Below, piece after piece: positions 9,727-21,164 of a stretch of DNA of 64,000 nt. The DNA comes from Minisyncoccia bacterium. Lineage in GTDB: Bacteria; Patescibacteriota; Minisyncoccia; Phycocordibacterales; CSBR16-119. Position 1 is the stretch's first letter. Each line of letters opens with the position of its first letter. The translations under genes and the position numbers were made by a program. The notes under the pieces are model-generated. The model was given only the letters and a program-made list of their open reading frames with translations, did not search any database and was not told the DNA's origin. The stretch spans positions 8,911-72,910 of the forward strand of contig JBLHJW010000001.1 in NCBI GenBank assembly GCA_047619465.1, written 5' to 3'.

Positions 9727-10496
9727 GTTTTAAGAAGATTTTTAAATAAAATAGCAATTGTTATAGGTCCTATTCCTCCGGGGGTAGGAGTCATGAGGCT
9801 AGATTTCCAATCACAAGAAGGACAAACATCTCCCTCTAGTTTACCAGATCTCTCGCTTGTTCCAGCGTCGATTATTACAACCCCCTTCTTTACCATATCT
9901 CTCTTAAGAAAATGTGGATCCCCTGCCCCGGTTATAATTAAATCTGCATTACTAAACAGCTCCTTTTTTATATTTTCTGGAGTATTAAGAGTCACGACAA
10001 TGTGATCCAGGTCACGTGACTTCAGAACTTCTACAACCGGCAATCCAACTAGCTTACCATCCCCTACGACAACAATCTTTTTATTGTTTAGCTCTACACT
10101 ATGTCTATCCAAGATATCAAATACCGCACCAGCAACAGGATCTACAAAATCTCCACCATTTAAATTGTCTATATCTTTTTCTTTTGGAATACTTGAAAGA
10201 ACCACCCGCTCATCAACCTGCTTAGGAAGTGGCAACTGAACTACGACACCATCAGTTTCTAGATTTTTTAAAGAAAAAAGAACATCTTCTGTGGAGGCAG
10301 ACTCTGGGAGGATTTTTATCCAAACATCAACACCAATATCCTCACCAAAAGTTTTCTTAAGAGAAACAAACTTCTCTGAAGCTGGGTCCTCACCAACCAA
10401 AAGAACACCGAGTGAAGGGGCTTTTTCACACTTTTCGACTAAACCTTTCAGTTCATCTTTTATTTCTTGTTGTATTTTTTTGCCATCTATTAACAT
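9714..10496 (-). CDS. folD: bifunctional methylene-THF dehydrogenase/cyclohydrolase FolD
   Basis: IDGKKIQQEIKDEL..., GVLLVGEDPAS, VVVGDGKLVGLP and TPxPGGIGPIT motifs. The start is set at the internal MLIDGKK Met (10496), which avoids overlap with the upstream SEDS gene. Confidence 0.8.
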   Translation of the reverse strand: MLIDGKKIQQEIKDELKGLVEKCEKAPSLGVLLVGEDPASEKFVSLKKTFGEDIGVDVWIKILPESASTEDVLFSLKNLETDGVVVQLPLPKQVDERVVLSSIPKEKDIDNLNGGDFVDPVAGAVFDILDRHSVELNNKKIVVVGDGKLVGLPVVEVLKSRDLDHIVVTLNTPENIKKELFSNADLIITGAGDPHFLKRDMVKKGVVIIDAGTSERSGKLEGDVCPSCDWKSSLMTPTPGGIGPITIAILFKNLLKTCTN

Positions 10497-10500
10497 AGTC

Positions 10501-11625
10501 TTAGTATCCCATAAATTCATATTTCATATCGTCTCTGTGTATAGACCTACTGTCTCTTCTCATACTCATAAGTATACCAAGAGCCGCAAATTCTGTTAAT
10601 AAGTGCGATCCCCCATGAGACATGAACGGTAAAGTGATTCCAGTAACAGGCATAAGGCCAATATTCATACCTACGTTAATCGCAATATGAGAGAAAAACA
10701 TTACAGCCACACCAACTCCAAACAGAGTTTCAAAGTTACCTGAGCCGCGTCGAGCATTATCAAGGATTCTCCAGATAATCAACAGGTAAGACAGAATAAC
10801 TATCATAGACCCAATAAATCCCCATTCCTCAGAGAAAGCTGCAAAAATAAAGTCAGTTTCGTATTCTGGAAGAAACTGAAGCCTTGACTGTGTCCCATAC
10901 CCAACACCTTTACCAAACAGCTGGCCTGAACCTACAGCAATAGTTGACTGGTATGCATTGTAACCAGTTCCTTGTATATCTGTTAAAGGACTCAAGAAAC
11001 TTCTAATTCTGTCTTTTTGGTACCCTGCGAATACGAAGGTCCAAAGTAAAGAAAAAGTAAGTATGCCCGCAATTAAAACTAATAGTAAGTGCTTTTTGTT
11101 TATGCCGGAGACAAGCACCATGCCCAGCCACACAAGCAAGATAATCATGGCTGTTCCAAAGTCTGGCTGCAAAAAAACAAGAATAAATGGAAGTGCTGCG
11201 TACAAACCCGAAATAAATACGTGTTTTATATTTGCAATTTCAACATGCCTTCTTGAGAAGTACTTTGCCAGAAGAAGTATCAAGACAACCTTCATCAGGT
11301 CAGACGGCTGAAAAGAGAAAAAACCAAAGTTAAACCAACTTTGAGCACCTTTAATGGTTGAGCCAAAAAAGAAAAGTAATATCAGAAGAAATATAAAGAA
11401 ACCATATATACTCATTAAAACTTTTGTCTTTTTGAAAACACTAAAATCAAAAAAAGATAGTGTGAAAAATACAGAAAAAGATATGCCAATCCAAATCATC
11501 TGCCGCCAAAAAAGACCACCCTCTGCACCAAAAGAAGTCATGGTAACCAAACCAGCTCCTAGTACCGGCAAGATAAACAGAACAAGCATCCAGTCAATAT
11601 GCTTTGTAGAAAATATTTTATTCAT
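10501..11625 (-). CDS. SEDS-family peptidoglycan glycosyltransferase (FtsW/RodA)
   Basis: 374 aa with ~10 TM helices and the conserved SEDS loops (...QPSDLMK..., ...GYGTQSRLQFLPE...). Confidence 0.75.
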   Translation of the reverse strand: MNKIFSTKHIDWMLVLFILPVLGAGLVTMTSFGAEGGLFWRQMIWIGISFSVFFTLSFFDFSVFKKTKVLMSIYGFFIFLLILLFFFGSTIKGAQSWFNFGFFSFQPSDLMKVVLILLLAKYFSRRHVEIANIKHVFISGLYAALPFILVFLQPDFGTAMIILLVWLGMVLVSGINKKHLLLVLIAGILTFSLLWTFVFAGYQKDRIRSFLSPLTDIQGTGYNAYQSTIAVGSGQLFGKGVGYGTQSRLQFLPEYETDFIFAAFSEEWGFIGSMIVILSYLLIIWRILDNARRGSGNFETLFGVGVAVMFFSHIAINVGMNIGLMPVTGITLPFMSHGGSHLLTEFAALGILMSMRRDSRSIHRDDMKYEFMGY

Positions 11626-11628
11626 GTT

Positions 11629-12402
11629 TTAATCAAAAAGATAAAGCCTTGGTATAACCTCAATTGAAATGACCTCTTTTTCAAATGCCTCTGGCCAAGT
11701 AAAGTTTATTTTTTTACTAGTTGAACCCGACAACACATCCACGTAAGTAGAGCTTGTATTTATCATGTTTCCGTCTCTGTCATAAAGGATGGCAACTACA
11801 TCAAAACCCTTTACATCTAACAGAGTTCCATTCTCTAGTGTCACTTCTAGTAGGGGTTTTGTTCCCTCATTTTTTAGATTCCTATCTCTAACAACAACAG
11901 AAACGTTCGACAATTCCCTTGATCCAATCTTGATCCATTGAGGATTTTTATCTAGAAACTCAAAAGCTACTCGAGCTGGCTCTCTATTTCCTACGTCTAT
12001 AGCGCCTTCAAAAACAGCTGTGTTAGCGTTTGCATCTATAAAGGTTGAACCCCTCCTTCTCTGAATAAGAAGATTATTTTCATCATACAACTTAAATTCA
12101 TACCTAATAAAGGCAACCCCAGCAAAAGGATTTGGGTTCTGAATATAGGCTATAGCATTATGCCGCCCAGGTATGATTTCCTCTGAATTAGACCAAAGGA
12201 CAATCATCTCCTCTGCTTGCTCTTGGCAAACAAGCTGACAATCCCCACCACAATCAATTCCAAATTCTTCACCATTTTTCTGACCATCAAAACATGTTGG
12301 TTCTTTGGTGATATAAGGCCAAACAAGATAAAAAACAAGAAGAATAATCAATCCAATAAATACTCCAAATATTCTTATTTGATGCTTCTGTGCCCAATTC
12401 AT
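11629..12402 (-). CDS. hypothetical membrane-anchored protein
   Basis: 257 aa. N-terminal TM helix, then a Cys-rich stretch (CFDGQ...CGGDCQLVCQ) and a beta-rich extracytoplasmic domain. Confidence 0.4.
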   Translation of the reverse strand: MNWAQKHQIRIFGVFIGLIILLVFYLVWPYITKEPTCFDGQKNGEEFGIDCGGDCQLVCQEQAEEMIVLWSNSEEIIPGRHNAIAYIQNPNPFAGVAFIRYEFKLYDENNLLIQRRRGSTFIDANANTAVFEGAIDVGNREPARVAFEFLDKNPQWIKIGSRELSNVSVVVRDRNLKNEGTKPLLEVTLENGTLLDVKGFDVVAILYDRDGNMINTSSTYVDVLSGSTSKKINFTWPEAFEKEVISIEVIPRLYLFD

Positions 12403-12427
12403 TCATACAGTATAGCCTAGAATCTAC

Positions 12428-12460
12428 AAAACAAAAAACAGCTCGTTCGAGCTGTTTTTT
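12428..12460 (-). terminator. intrinsic terminator downstream of the 5S rRNA gene
   Basis: Hairpin ACAGCTCG-TT-CGAGCTGT with a T-run on the minus strand (A-run on plus), ~25 nt beyond the 5S 3' end. Confidence 0.55.
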
Positions 12461-12482
12461 GTTTACTTTTCAATTCATTGTC

Positions 12483-12598
12483 CTGGCGATGACCTACTTT
12501 CCCCATTAAGAGAGTATCATCAGCTCACGAGGGCTTAACTTCCGTATTCGGAATGAGAACGGGTGTGGCCCCTCCGATAAATCACCAGGACAATAAAT
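12483..12598 (-). rRNA. rrf: 5S ribosomal RNA
   Basis: The reverse complement reads GTCCTGGTGATTTATCGGAGGGGCCACACCCGTTCTCATTCCGAATACGGAAGTTAAGCCCTCGTGAGCTGATGATACTCTCTTAATGGGGAAAGTAGGTCATCGCCAGGAC, the canonical 5S helices I-V. Confidence 0.8.
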
Positions 12599-13164
12599 TC
12601 AAAAATTTTGAACCACCAAGGAATATCTCCCTGGTGGATTTTTGGTGAGCAAAACACAAAACCTACAGATAGCACGTAGCTCTCTACTGGGCCTTCTATA
12701 CCCCTAAAGCGATAACTCAACCAAAGCTAAAACTATGAATCACCTTTTAAGAGAAAAGATTTTCATACAATCAACTTATAACGGTTAAGAACAATCCAGA
12801 GCTAAATCAACATTACTGTTGTCGTTATTCGCAAATCCTCTATGTTTCCACTTCTGAATCTGCAATGTTCTAAATTTCACGCCCTCTCGGTTACCGTGTC
12901 TCCTCCGAGACCCCTCATAAACCAACTTCTGGTTTGTGTATTTGCTCACCACCCAAGCAGCTGTCATAAAAACAACTGACGGGTTAATGTCTTTTAAATC
13001 TTAACTGGTATTTTTATAATATATGGAGAATTTCTCCATATATTACCTTCGCTCGAGTATTATGAAAATAAATTTTCAAATACTTCTCGCTTGTTAATAT
13101 AAGCATTTTTACCATCTAAAAGCAGAGCTCTTGTAACTCGCTACCTTACGCTTTCCTAATAGGA

Positions 13165-16648
<3,484 letters not shown>

Positions 16649-16872
16649 TTCCTATTAGGAAAGCATAAAGTTACGAGTTAATTTCTTAACTTGATTTTGC
16701 TCACTACCACTAGCGAGACTTCATTCTACAATTGCTCTTAAACTTATTCCTGCCATGGAATAAGTTTATTCTTTTAGATGGTAAAAATACTTATATTTAC
16801 ATATTTTACCCCGAATTGTTTCTCTCAAAACAATTCTTAGTTAGATTTTAAAAGACGTCTATTATCAAAATG

Positions 16873-16902
16873 ATAATAGACATATTTGTATTTAGTTTTC
16901 AA
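16873..16902 (-). promoter_or_regulatory. candidate promoter of the 23S-5S operon
   Basis: On the minus strand, TTGAAA, an 18-nt spacer, then TATTAT, ~230 nt upstream of the 23S processing stem. A perfect palindrome TCTATTATCA-AAA-TGATAATAGA (16859-16881) overlaps the -10, which is operator-like. Confidence 0.25.
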
Positions 16903-17291
16903 ATAACTAGCATTTATTCTTTCCCAATTCAGAAAAGAAAAAATCCGCTATTTGCAAGCGGGTTGTACAACATTAAATAATGTCTCTACTGTTACAACAC
17001 CCACTAACAAAAATGATTTTTTGTGATTCCGAACACGTAAGGACTAGTATAGTCAGACAGAGAAAAAAGTCAAGCCCCTAATAAATAGATTTTAGGGTAA
17101 AACCATTTTCTTGGTTAAGGGTCAAAATTACTATACTTTAAGGCTTTAAAATAAGACTTATAATCAATATCGTCTTTGCTAGGAGGTGTGATGAAGCAGT
17201 CCAGGATTTTGCCATTCTATCGCAGACGTAAATCTATACAATAATTCTTTTTTCTTGCCAAAAAAAAGGAGGGGGTCGGCTTTATTAATCC

Positions 17292-17322
17292 AAAACAAAA
17301 AACCGCTTTCGCGGTTTTTTTA
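17292..17322 (-). terminator. intrinsic terminator downstream of gene 17355..18044
   Basis: Hairpin AACCGC-TTTC-GCGGTT with a T-run on the minus strand. Confidence 0.55.
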
Positions 17323-17354
17323 GGCGTAGCATCTAGTATCTAGTTAGATACTAA

Positions 17355-18044
17355 TTACTCTTTGTGTGATACAGAATCACTAGCTTTGTTCAGAACCTTT
17401 GTGGCTACTTCTTTTCCTCCAAGACCAAACGCAAGTCCACCAGCTAGTGCTAGCATTGCGATGATTCCTGTAAATAGGATTTGCATAAATGCTGGTGCAA
17501 TTCCAAGCTCAGAAAGAGCAATGATAATTGCAAAAATCCAGATTGCCCACTTTGCCATAGAACCAGCAAAGTGTGCTGACTTGATTCCCATAGCTTTTGC
17601 AGAACCTTCCACAACGCTTCTCGTAGCATCTGAAATAACTGTTGCGAAAACAATTATAAGTGACGCGATGATTACTTGTGGCAAATATCCAAGAACAACA
17701 TTTCCTAGGAAGATGTTAACTTGGGATAGACCCATAACCTCAAGTGAAGTCATAAGGAATACGATGATTAGGAACCACTTCACAACTTCACCGATAAACT
17801 GACTTAGTGAGAACTTGAATCCAGCTCTCTTGAAGATCTTATCTGCTCCAACTTTGCTAAATAATTCATCAAGTTTAACAGCTGCGAAGACCTGTGCGAT
17901 TGCCTTACCGACAACAGCTCCAATAGCCCAACCAATAACAAAAATAATCAATGCAACAAGAAGCTTTGGAATAAATCCCACGGCTCCTAGCCACAAACCT
18001 TGTAGAGATGCACTAAACACCTCAGCCCATGATTGAAATAACAT
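17355..18044 (-). CDS. hypothetical multi-TM membrane protein (possibly MscS-associated 'conserved TM helix' repeat type)
   Basis: 229 aa. Repeated amphipathic TM segments (…IGWAIGAVVGKAIAQVF…, …IIALSELGIAPAF…). Family assignment is tentative. Confidence 0.35.
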   Translation of the reverse strand: MLFQSWAEVFSASLQGLWLGAVGFIPKLLVALIIFVIGWAIGAVVGKAIAQVFAAVKLDELFSKVGADKIFKRAGFKFSLSQFIGEVVKWFLIIVFLMTSLEVMGLSQVNIFLGNVVLGYLPQVIIASLIIVFATVISDATRSVVEGSAKAMGIKSAHFAGSMAKWAIWIFAIIIALSELGIAPAFMQILFTGIIAMLALAGGLAFGLGGKEVATKVLNKASDSVSHKE

Positions 18045-18109
18045 ATATAGATATATAGATATTAATTAATAATGTAAGAAGCCAAGGGCTCCGTATACCT
18101 ATACATTGT

Positions 18110-18140
18110 ACAACGAAAAAGCACCCTTAATAAGGGTGCT
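18110..18140 (-). terminator. intrinsic terminator downstream of gene 18160..18879
   Basis: Hairpin GCACCCTTA-A-TAAGGGTGC followed on the minus strand by TTTTTCG. Confidence 0.5.
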
Positions 18141-18159
18141 TGTGGATAAAAACTATTAA

Positions 18160-18879
18160 TTAAGCTCTGTCTCCCATTTCTAAGTTAAAACCAGGAGAAA
18201 CAATAACTTTTTCGTGAGGAAATTCTAGTATGTCGCAAACAAGCTTGTCGTACATGTCCACTCTATACTTGAAGTCTTCAGCTGTAAATATCGCATAGTC
18301 TATTTCTGTCCCCAGCTCTGATTCCAAACGCAAAACAATATCTTCAATTGTTTTCTTTTTTAAATCATCACCAACAATCAAGAGATCTATTCTACTTTCT
18401 TCATCTTGAATAAACACACCCGCAGCTAGTAATAGTTTGATCTTACCAACATTCTTAAACTTCACAGCTAGGTCTTCACGGACCAGGGTTTCTGTTTCGA
18501 TAAGGAGAGCTTGAAGAGGTCTAAGGTAGATAAATTTTTCATTAATAATCCACCCATTACATTTCTTTTTTATAATTGTGGGATCTTTGTCAACAACCCT
18601 TCTACGAGAGTCAGTCTTACTATTTCTTGCTGGCTTTATCACATCTTTAATAAAAGTCTTTGTTTTAAGAAAACCAATAGATTTCAAAAGGTTTACTTCT
18701 ACTTTTGCAGAAGATGATTTTACTCTTGATTTATCAATAATATCATCCAAGTCAAAAGCCTCATCTTTATTCATAAGAAAAAGGCGCATTACTTTTACCA
18801 AAGCGTCGCTACTAAATAGTTTTCCGAGTATTTCCATGGACATAGTATAGAGAATTACCCAGGATATATCAAGTAACAC
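18160..18879 (-). CDS. hypothetical protein with an N-terminal winged-helix-like domain and a C-terminal nucleotidyltransferase-like domain
   Basis: 239 aa. N-terminal region …LVKVMRLFLMNKDEAFDLDDII…; C-terminal region …RIDLLIVGDD…, resembling pol-beta-type NTase motifs. Weak call, and the true start is probably an internal Met. Confidence 0.3.
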   Translation of the reverse strand: MLLDISWVILYTMSMEILGKLFSSDALVKVMRLFLMNKDEAFDLDDIIDKSRVKSSSAKVEVNLLKSIGFLKTKTFIKDVIKPARNSKTDSRRRVVDKDPTIIKKKCNGWIINEKFIYLRPLQALLIETETLVREDLAVKFKNVGKIKLLLAAGVFIQDEESRIDLLIVGDDLKKKTIEDIVLRLESELGTEIDYAIFTAEDFKYRVDMYDKLVCDILEFPHEKVIVSPGFNLEMGDRA

Positions 18880-18937
18880 CCCAGGGTGTCATATCTTGAA
18901 TAAAATAAATTTATCACACCCCTGTGGTTCACCTTAA

Positions 18938-18968
18938 ACAAAAAACACCCATTTCTGGGTGCTTTTTT
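18938..18968 (-). terminator. intrinsic terminator downstream of rplL
   Basis: Hairpin CACCCA-TTTC-TGGGTG flanked by an A-run and a T-run (bidirectional shape). Confidence 0.55.
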
Positions 18969-18983
18969 GAATTAAAGTAAAAC

Positions 18984-19493
18984 TTATTTAAGCTCTGCTT
19001 TTCCTCCTGCTTCTTCGATTTTCTTCTTAAGCTCTTCAGCTTCTTCTTTCTTTAGACCCTCCTTAAGAACTGTTGGAGCCGATTCTACAAGTTCTTTAGC
19101 CTCTTTTAGACCTAGACCTAGAGCTTCCTTAACAACCTTCATAACAGGAATCTTTGACTCCCCAAAGCTTGATAGTTCAACGTTGAACTCTGTTTGCTCT
19201 TCAGCCTCTTCTCCAGATCCTGCTCCTCCAGCAGCAGCAACAGCTGAAGCTGAAACTCCGAACTTAGCCTCAAAAAGCTTTACAAGCTCATTCAAGTCAA
19301 GAACTGACATTTCTTCAATAGCATCTACAATAGCTTTGAACTTTGCAGGTACTTCTACATCGGCTCCAGCTTCTGCTGGTGCTTCAGCTGCGGGTGCAGC
19401 TTCTTCTTTCTTTTCTTCAACAGCAGGAGCTTCAGTAGCTGGTGCTTCTGTTGCCTCTACTACTTCTTCTGTCTTTTTTGTATCGTCTGACAT
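18984..19493 (-). CDS. rplL: ribosomal protein L7/L12 with a ~50-aa E/A/P-rich N-terminal extension
   Basis: C-terminal domain …[56 protein letters not shown]; N-terminal dimerisation helix …[25 protein letters not shown]. The first ~50 aa are low-complexity ([27 protein letters not shown]). Confidence 0.85.
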   Translation of the reverse strand: MSDDTKKTEEVVEATEAPATEAPAVEEKKEEAAPAAEAPAEAGADVEVPAKFKAIVDAIEEMSVLDLNELVKLFEAKFGVSASAVAAAGGAGSGEEAEEQTEFNVELSSFGESKIPVMKVVKEALGLGLKEAKELVESAPTVLKEGLKKEEAEELKKKIEEAGGKAELK

Positions 19494-19519
19494 AATAGTT
19501 TATTAATTCAATTAATTGA

Positions 19520-20008
19520 TTAAGCTTTTTTCTCAGCTATCTGACCAAGAGCGATAACGAATCGCTGAATTGGTGAGTTTATAATATTTACAAACATTCC
19601 TCGAAGTTGATCTGTTGGTGGGATTGTTGCGATTTCCATCATCTCAAGTTGAGATAGTAGTCTTCCTTCAAATAATCCTCCTTTTATTTCAATCTTGTCT
19701 TTGTGTGTTTTCTGGAATTCATAAACACCTCGAGCTGGAGCCGTAAGATCTTCCCCATAGGCAAGAGCAACTGTTCCCTCTATTACTGGCATCTCTCCTT
19801 CGAAACCTCCTTCTGAAAAAGCTTTTTTAAGTAGAGTTTTTTTCACAACATGGTATGAAGTAGAATCTGCTCGTAAACTTTTTCGAAGCTCAGTTTCATC
19901 TAGAACTGAAAGTCCATTAAATGACACAAAAACAGCTGAACCAGCATTTTTTGCAACTTCTGAAAGATTGTCTAATACTTCTTTCTTTTGCAATTTGGTT
20001 TTTGCCAT
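19520..20008 (-). CDS. rplJ: ribosomal protein L10
   Basis: MAKTKLQKKEVLDNLSEVAKNAGSAVFVSFNGLSVLDETELRKSLR… Start is set at the ATG at 20008; the track's longer ORF begins at a GTG. Confidence 0.85.
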   Translation of the reverse strand: MAKTKLQKKEVLDNLSEVAKNAGSAVFVSFNGLSVLDETELRKSLRADSTSYHVVKKTLLKKAFSEGGFEGEMPVIEGTVALAYGEDLTAPARGVYEFQKTHKDKIEIKGGLFEGRLLSQLEMMEIATIPPTDQLRGMFVNIINSPIQRFVIALGQIAEKKA

Positions 20009-20017
20009 ATAGTTTTT

Positions 20018-20088
20018 TGTTTTATTAAGACAATCGAGGAGCATAATCACTGCTTGAATAAATTATGTCCGAGCGAAATCTTAATATA
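20018..20088. repeat. ~70-nt hairpin element in the rplJ 5' UTR, copy 1 of 2
   Basis: TTTTATTAAGACAATCGAGGAGCATAAT…ATTATGTCCGAGCGAAATCTTAATATA: outer (TATTAAGA/TCTTAATA) and inner (GGAGCATAAT/ATTATGTCC) inverted repeats. The same element with a shorter loop occurs at 36655-36720. Confidence 0.6.
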
Positions 20089-20228
20089 CATTTTATATTT
20101 TAAATTAAAAAAACGACGTAAGAACGCGTTTTTTCTTTGTGCCTTGCACAGAAAATAGGTTCGACCTCGACGAGACCTCTGTTCTAGTAAGCTAGAACTG
20201 CTCGTTTTCTACGGTTCTTACAAATGAG

Positions 20229-20257
20229 ATATTAGCTAAATTATAAAAATTTGTCAA
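20229..20257 (-). promoter_or_regulatory. candidate promoter of rplJL (long ~210-nt structured leader follows)
   Basis: On the minus strand, TTGACA (rc 20252-20257), a 17-nt spacer, then TAATAT (rc 20229-20234). The leader 20009-20222 contains several stem-loops, e.g. GTTCTAG-CTTA-CTAGAAC. Confidence 0.4.
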
Positions 20258-20334
20258 CAGCCCAAATAAGAATTAAACTTCCCCCTATTATAAATCCAAA
20301 CCTAAGTAACATTTTGAAAAAATGATACATGTTT

Positions 20335-21003
20335 TTAGAGTTCCTCTTGTAAGGATTCTATTTCAGAGTTGTAAATATCAGACCTTTCTGGGTCTATAGC
20401 AAGGGCTTTTTCTAGATAAGATATAGCTTCTTGATAAAAATCATTACCACCTAGATAACTAGCATATCCTGTATACATATCTATAAGGTGATTCATGCCT
20501 ATTGTGCTTGCAACAGATTCTATTCTAGTGATCCCTTCTTCATACACACTTCTAATCATAGAGTCGTCTACTTTTGAGTGAATCAATGTTGTTAAATAAG
20601 CTCTCCAGTATTTTGATTCTAAATTACCAAAAGTATATACAACTTCATATAGCGCATCTCTCTTGCCGGCTATGTCACCAGTAAAATCATGTATCGAGCT
20701 TATTGTTATGTAGGCCTGGAATCCGTTGTATAGACTTATAGCCTCTCCAGTTTTTTGCAGTGCTTCGTTGTATTTTTTGTCACGAGTTAGATCACGAGCA
20801 TCAGAGAGTAAATCAAAATATTCATTTGGAGCATTCGCTTCCACCTCTACACCATCTAAACCTTCTTCTGTACTTGTAGCTGTCACATCTTCAACGTCTG
20901 TTATTATTTCTGTTTTTGGATTTTTGTTTATACTAAATAATATAACCGCTAAAACCACAGCAGAAACAAATGTACCTATATAAATCCAGTCTTTTTTATT
21001 CAT
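20335..21003 (-). CDS. hypothetical membrane-anchored TPR-like protein
   Basis: 222 aa. N-terminal TM helix, then an acidic linker and helical repeats with TPR-like spacing (…YYQEAISYLEKALAIDPERSDIY…). Confidence 0.4.
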   Translation of the reverse strand: MNKKDWIYIGTFVSAVVLAVILFSINKNPKTEIITDVEDVTATSTEEGLDGVEVEANAPNEYFDLLSDARDLTRDKKYNEALQKTGEAISLYNGFQAYITISSIHDFTGDIAGKRDALYEVVYTFGNLESKYWRAYLTTLIHSKVDDSMIRSVYEEGITRIESVASTIGMNHLIDMYTGYASYLGGNDFYQEAISYLEKALAIDPERSDIYNSEIESLQEEL

Positions 21004-21164
21004 AATTTTTAGTGAAGAGTGATTAGGAGCTTTGCTTATAAATCGTCTGAATTAAAATGGATCAAATCTAATGAGAGAAGACACCTCGGGGTAGACAGAA
21101 TTATATGATGCAAGCAAAGCGAGTACTCTTATAAATAAATTATACTATTTATTTATTAGAAACG

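Noticed and set aside
12599-13164. tRNA in the 23S-5S spacer (a …GCTCACCA 3' end resembles tRNA-CCA).
   Set aside because: No T-loop (GTTCGANTC) or D-loop motif is present, and no 7-bp acceptor stem can be drawn.
17181-17200. AGGAGGTGTGATGAA resembles the reverse complement of a 16S 3' end (AAGGAGGTGATCC), raising the possibility of a 16S gene or fragment upstream of 23S.
   Set aside because: The flanking sequence has none of the conserved 16S 3'-domain strings (e.g. GTAACAAGG, CCTGCGG). The match carries an extra AC. It functions more plausibly as an SD for the 17-codon sORF.
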